The notes beneath the pieces were generated by a model. That model saw nothing but the letters and a program-made list of their open reading frames with translations, was not told the origin of the DNA and searched no databases. This document shows, in pieces, positions 8,907 to 13,488 of a DNA stretch of 13,488 nucleotides. Position numbers and translations under genes: made by a program. The DNA comes from Azolla caroliniana (lineage: Eukaryota > Plantae > Polypodiophyta): the NCBI GenBank assembly GCA_043228905.1, contig JBHGNT010000948.1, forward strand, positions 1 to 13,488, given 5' to 3'. Position 1 is the first letter of the stretch; the number at the start of each line of letters is the position of its first letter.

Positions 8907-10460
8907 AAGGAAGCAAAATAAGTGGATCGCAAGGAGAAGCAACATGTGTGACACCTAGTGGTGCATGTAAACTAACACTACTCAACAAGAAGGACAAGCA
9001 TCAGATACAAGACTTCGAGAAGATGCTGAAAGAGGAAAGCATAATTGAAGAAGAAGAATTCGTGTCTCATATTCTAGAGGAAGCCTCATTTAACAACACC
9101 ATTGGCGAAATCGAGGAAGTCGTGGACTTGAGCTACCCTCACGATCAATATGTGATTTCGGTTAACTCCGTCAACATGTATGCTATCATCGATGAATATC
9201 ATCAAGGCATCTTGATGGAGGAAGCTGAAGTCAACTCAAAATATAAAACGGTGGATAAGAAGATCAAGCTAGTTGCGGTTTCGCTACCGGAAGATAGCTG
9301 ATAGAAGATGAAGGAAGTTGCTAATGATCCAAGCTTAAGGGATCCAAAGGCAATAGGTCATGTCTTCACCAAAGAGACGAAAGGAAAGCTACAAGTTGGA
9401 AGGGAAGATTTCCTTCTCCCTGAAGAGGAGAGAATGTTCCACGGAATGCTTGAGAGACATGGAAAGCCTTTGCCTTCTCTCTACAAGAAATCGAATGTGC
9501 CGACCCGAAGATGATAGAGCCGATGGTTATTTTTACGGTGCCGCATGTACCTTGGAACCTCAAGCCGATATCGGTTCCAAGAGCTCACATTCCGAAGTTG
9601 ATTGAGCTTCTAAAGGAAAAGGTTAGGATGGGAATACTTGAGCCATTCAATTCTCCCTACGCCAATAGATGGTTAACGGTGCTGAAGAAGAATGGGTCCT
9701 TACGCTTTATTCAAGATCTCCAACCTGTCAACAAGGTGACGATCCGAAATGCCGGAATTGGTCCAAGTGTGGATGAATCTGCCGAAGCCTTCGCGGGAAG
9801 ATCGATCTACTCCATTGGTGATCTCTACTCGGGCTGTGATCAATTTGAATTGGTTGTCGATAGTAGAGAAATAACGACAATGAGGACGCCGATCGGGTTG
9901 ATAAGGATGTGCACCTTACCCCAAGGTGCAACAAATTCCATAGCCCACATGGTGAATGCCATGAACAAAGTGTTGAGGGATTGTATCGCTGATATCACAA
10001 TGCCCTTCTTAGATGATATTCCAATCAAAGGATGCTTGGTGGAAGAAAAATATGAAGATAGTTGCCGAAGATTCGTCATTGATCATATAAAGGATAGCGA
10101 GAAGGTGTTGCAAAAGGTTGAGGATGCAAATCTCATGTTTTCGGGAGAGATGTCTGCATTCGGTCAACCATAAATATTGGTAGTAGGACACTTATGTGGG
10201 TCTGATGGACGGAAGCCATCTCCATCCAAGGTGAAGGCTATTCAAGAGATGAAAGAAGAATGTGTGTCTCAAACAGAGGTGCGAAGATTCTTGGGAGCAT
10301 GTGCATTCTATCACATATGGATTCCACATTATTCTCATGTCGCTGAACCATTGTATGGATTACTAAAGAAAAGGAAGAAGTTCGAATGGGAAGATGAGCA
10401 TACCTACGCGGTTCAAAAGCTAAAGAAACTATTATTGGAAGCTCTGGCACTGCGAAAAGC
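8843..10460 (+). pseudogene. Gypsy pol: acidic linker and reverse transcriptase
   Basis: KYKTVDKKIKLV...IFTVPHVPWNLKP...NRWLTVLKKNGSLRFIQDLQPVNKVT...DLYSGCDQF...LPQGATNS...PFLDDI (FLDD at 10006-10017)...VRRFLG. Stops at 9299, 9302 and 10171; frameshift near 9465. Confidence 0.95.
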
Positions 10461-10860
10461 CGACTACACCAAAGGTACCCCGATATATGTGACGGTGGAT
10501 ACGAGCCCAACCGGAATTGGATGGGTGATAAACCAAGAAGACAAAGAAAAGAATCGGTATGCAATCCGATTCGGTGCAAAGGTGTTCATTGAAAGACAAA
10601 GGAAGTATGCCCAAGTAAAGAGAGAGCTATGGGGAATAGTATCTGCGGTTAAAACCGATCGTGACTACCTTATCAAAACAAAGGTCATAATCGAAACTGA
10701 TTGTCTACCTATTCTCGAAATGATATCCGGTTGTGCTACACCAGATATTGCTATGCTGCGATGGATTGCCTATATCAAGTCCCTCAACCCCGAGATTTGA
10801 CATATAAATGGGAAGCATAATGTGGTGGCCGATATGTTATCAAGGGCAAGGTATGAGGGT
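10461..10860 (+). pseudogene. Gypsy RNase H
   Basis: VTVDTSPTGIGWVI...RKYAQVKRELWGIV...IETDCLPI...RWIAYI...HINGKHNVVADMLSR. Confidence 0.92.
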
Positions 10861-10979
10861 GAAGAAAATTTGCACTCCGATGAAGGAGATGTTGGCCTAA
10901 ACTTCTTTATGGTTTCTTGTGCTCGAGTGCTTGCCATGTTTAAAGTAGAAGATTATGAGGGTGAACTTCTACCGAATTA

Positions 10980-12216
10980 GAAAGAAGTCCTACAAGTTAT
11001 TCCTCAAAGAAGGACATCTATGGAAGTTTCTAAAGAAGAAGAATGGAACTCCACTTCAAGTGGTGTGCAAGAAACAAGATCAACAAACACTAATTGCTGA
11101 ATTTCATGATAGTGTGTGGGCAGGTCATCGAGGTATATGGGCAACATTTGCAAAGCTCAAGGAGAAGTATTGGTGACCGGGTGTTTACAAAGATGTAGCA
11201 AGCTATGTTGAAACATGTGAGCAATGCCAATTATACTCGAATATTCAACATAGGGATGAACTTCATCTGACATATCCATTATCAATGCACTATAAGTGGT
11301 TGGTAGACATAGTGGTTATGCCGATGGGATTGGGGCAAATGAAGTATCTCGTGCTAGCAAGACAAGATCTCACCAACCAAGTAGAAGGACGGGCGCCAAG
11401 GAATAAAACAACTTCGGTGGTTTGTAAGTTTCTCCTTGAAGATGTTATTTGTCGATACGGATGTGTTGGCAAAATAGTAGCTGATAGGGGAGAATTAGAT
11501 GCAAATGAAGCTAAAGACTTAGATGCGTCAAACTATCGCTCACCATGGCATACAACCCGGATGCAAATGGGAAGGTGGAACGAGGACATAGTCCGATTGT
11601 AAAAGCTCTAGCAAAGGCTTGCGACGGAAAGATGGAGAATTGGCCACGATTACTACCTTATGCATTGTGGGTTGATAGAACTACACATAGCACGACTACA
11701 GGATATATGCCGACCGAACTCATATTAGGGAAAAAACCAATAATGCCTATTGAGCATAGTGTTGCTTTGTGGACATCTTTGCCATGGCAAGAGGAAATGA
11801 GTCGGGAAGACTTGCTAGCCACGACGATTCAATAACTAGAACGGAGGCCCGAGGATGTCGAGTTGGCAATAGAACGGTTGCACCAAGCTCAATTGAAGAA
11901 CAAGGAGAATTTTGATAGAAAGCATAGTCTTCGACAAAGAAAAATTGAAGACGGAGATTGGGTTCTTGTCTATGATAGTAGTCTCGATAATCAATATAGC
12001 ACAGCTCGAAAGTTCGCAAAACGATGGTTTGGCCCGTATATGGTCAAGAAAATAGAAAGCAATGCAACCTATTTTTTAGTGGAGTTAGATGGAACTTGAC
12101 TTGCTTTGCCAATTGCAAGAAAAAGAATCAAGATCTTTAAGAGAAGAGAGGCCCCAAATCTTGAGATCGAAGCTCTGGATGATATAGCCTCGAACATCGA
12201 GGTTGAAAAAGAGTAA
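10980..12216 (+). pseudogene. Gypsy integrase (HHCC, DDE core, GPY/F); no chromodomain
   Basis: HDSVWAGH...YW*PG...CEQC; KWLVDIV, IVADRGE, NGKVERGH; RWFGPYMV. Frameshift near 11520 and stops at 11174, 11833 and 12097. Confidence 0.93.
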
Positions 12217-12261
12217 TTAAAAGAGGAACCTCACCACAATTGACACATACCGGTGGATGTG

Positions 12262-12280
12262 CAGGTTTGGTGGGGGTGAA
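12262..12280 (+). promoter_or_regulatory. Gypsy PPT (G-rich, T-interrupted)
   Basis: CAGGTTTGGTGGGGGTGAA lies immediately before the TGTCGTG start of the 3' LTR. Confidence 0.75.
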
Positions 12281-13488
12281 TGTCGTGTGGTTTTTCACAC
12301 ACGATATGAAAACTAGTAAAAGAACTATTTAAGATTACCTTAATGTATTCATATGGAAAGATAGATGTCTTCAAGAGCTTCATAATGTCTTTTACTACGC
12401 CTAAAATGGATAAACAAGTATCAAGTTATGTGAGTGTAAAGTTTGAAGAAAAAAAAAGAAAAGACAAAACTGTGAGGTATCACACATACATAGGACAACA
12501 TTGGAACCCAAGATATATAATGGAAACCAAAACATATTCATTATATCAATGTGTGGAGCACAGAATGTTCAAGGTGACTTGGGCTACATTGTGTGGTGTG
12601 CACGTTTTGGAGGTATGCGCGTGTGCACGACCGTGTAGACATTTGCGTCACGGATGTTTTGGGCGTACGTGTTTGCACGTTTTCGTCTTGTGGACGCTTC
12701 GGGCGTACGCATGTGTGCACGACCGTGTGGACGTTTTCGGCGTGTGGACGATCGTGTGGAGGTTTTCAGACATACACGTGTACACGTGCACGGCCTTGTG
12801 GGAAGCTCGGACGGAACGCGTGTGTGCGGACGAGCGTGCAGATGCGTACCCGGCGCGGTCGAGACATGCGTGTGCGGATGCGTACACGGCACGATCAGGA
12901 TGCGCGTGTGCACGATCGTGTGGATGTTTGCGCCTTGTGGACGCTTTGGGCGTACGCATGTGTGCACGACCGTGTGGACGCTTCGGGCTTTGGACGTTTG
13001 CCCATGTGGACGCTTCGGGCATACGCGTGTGTGCACGGCCATGTGGATGTTTACGACGTGTGGACGCTTCGAGCGTACACGCATGTGCAAAGCCGTGTGG
13101 ATGTTTTTGGACGTACGCGCGTGCAAGTTTCGGGCGTACGCGTGCACGGCCTCGTGGGACGCTCGGACGGACGTCTGTGGGCGGACGAGCACGCAAATGC
13201 ATACACGGCGCGGTTAGGACGCGCGTGTGCGGATGCGTACACAGTACAGTGTCGAGTTATTACGCGCGTGCGTGAAGAAGGGGCGGGACCACAGGGGGTC
13301 TCAGACGAGGGAGAGAAGGGATGCCAAGAAAACCGACACCGGACAAGACCCGGATGCAACCGAACACGAGAGAGAGAGAGAGAGACAAAGGAGAGGGAGA
13401 GCATGCGCGCGACACCGACTCTTATGCACAAGAATCAAAGGGGTTGTGCTCCCGACACCACCAAACACACCAATATGCACAAACAGAT
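12281..13488 (+). repeat. 3' LTR of the Gypsy element (incomplete in the window)
   Basis: 12281-12607 aligns with 4191-4492, then continues as a related but differently organised CG-rich array to ~13272. Confidence 0.88.
13368..13385. repeat. (GA)9 microsatellite
   Basis: Read directly from the sequence. Confidence 0.9.

Larger units (their letters stand above)
4191..13488 (+). mobile_element. Ty3/Gypsy non-chromovirus LTR retrotransposon (Phygy/Ylt1-like by recognition); decayed, with the 3' LTR extending beyond the window
   Basis: LTR-PBS-gag-PR-RT-RH-INT-PPT-LTR order. Integrase follows RNase H, carries a GPY/F motif, and has no chromodomain. Confidence 0.96.

Noticed and set aside
12100-12243. 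Chromodomain at the integrase C-terminus
   Set aside because: Only a short acidic tail follows RIKIFKRR, with no Y.VKW.G motif.
13249-13272. TGTCGAG as the start of a new nested LTR
   Set aside because: The segment still aligns loosely with the repeat module GTACACTGTGCGGTCGGGACTTTTGCGCGTG, and no TSD or partner end is visible.
12343-13431. 310-aa ORF after pol as a possible env-like or extra ORF
   Set aside because: It lies downstream of the PPT within the 3' LTR, is made mostly of repeat sequence, and its N-terminal frame is broken by a 25-bp indel in the 5' LTR copy.

Overview
Eukaryotic, almost certainly plant, repetitive DNA with no host gene. The retroelement proteins resemble those of seed-free plants such as ferns or bryophytes; that assignment is an inference from recognition, not a search. 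The window holds three nested, decayed retroelements. (1) A non-LTR/LINE ORF2 remnant on the minus strand (~700-1125). (2) A Ty1/Copia element on the minus strand (3' LTR ~1141-1505; RNase H, RT and gag to 4190) that has lost its protease active site and integrase core through internal deletions. (3) A near full-length non-chromovirus Ty3/Gypsy element on the plus strand, inserted into the Copia gag: 5' LTR 4191-6613, tRNA-Trp PBS 6622-6639, gag-protease ~6668-8852, pol ~8843-12216, PPT, and a 3' LTR from 12281 running off the window. The most notable signals are a -1 frameshift cassette (degenerate slippery site, 6-nt spacer, H-type pseudoknot) between protease and RT; a 2.4-kb LTR built from hierarchical CG-rich repeats with a ~430-bp inverted block able to form long hairpins; and two LTRs that match for ~300 bp and then diverge. 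I see no evidence for a wholly new biological system. The many overlapping ORFs in the LTR repeats are artefacts. All alignments and counts were done by eye.
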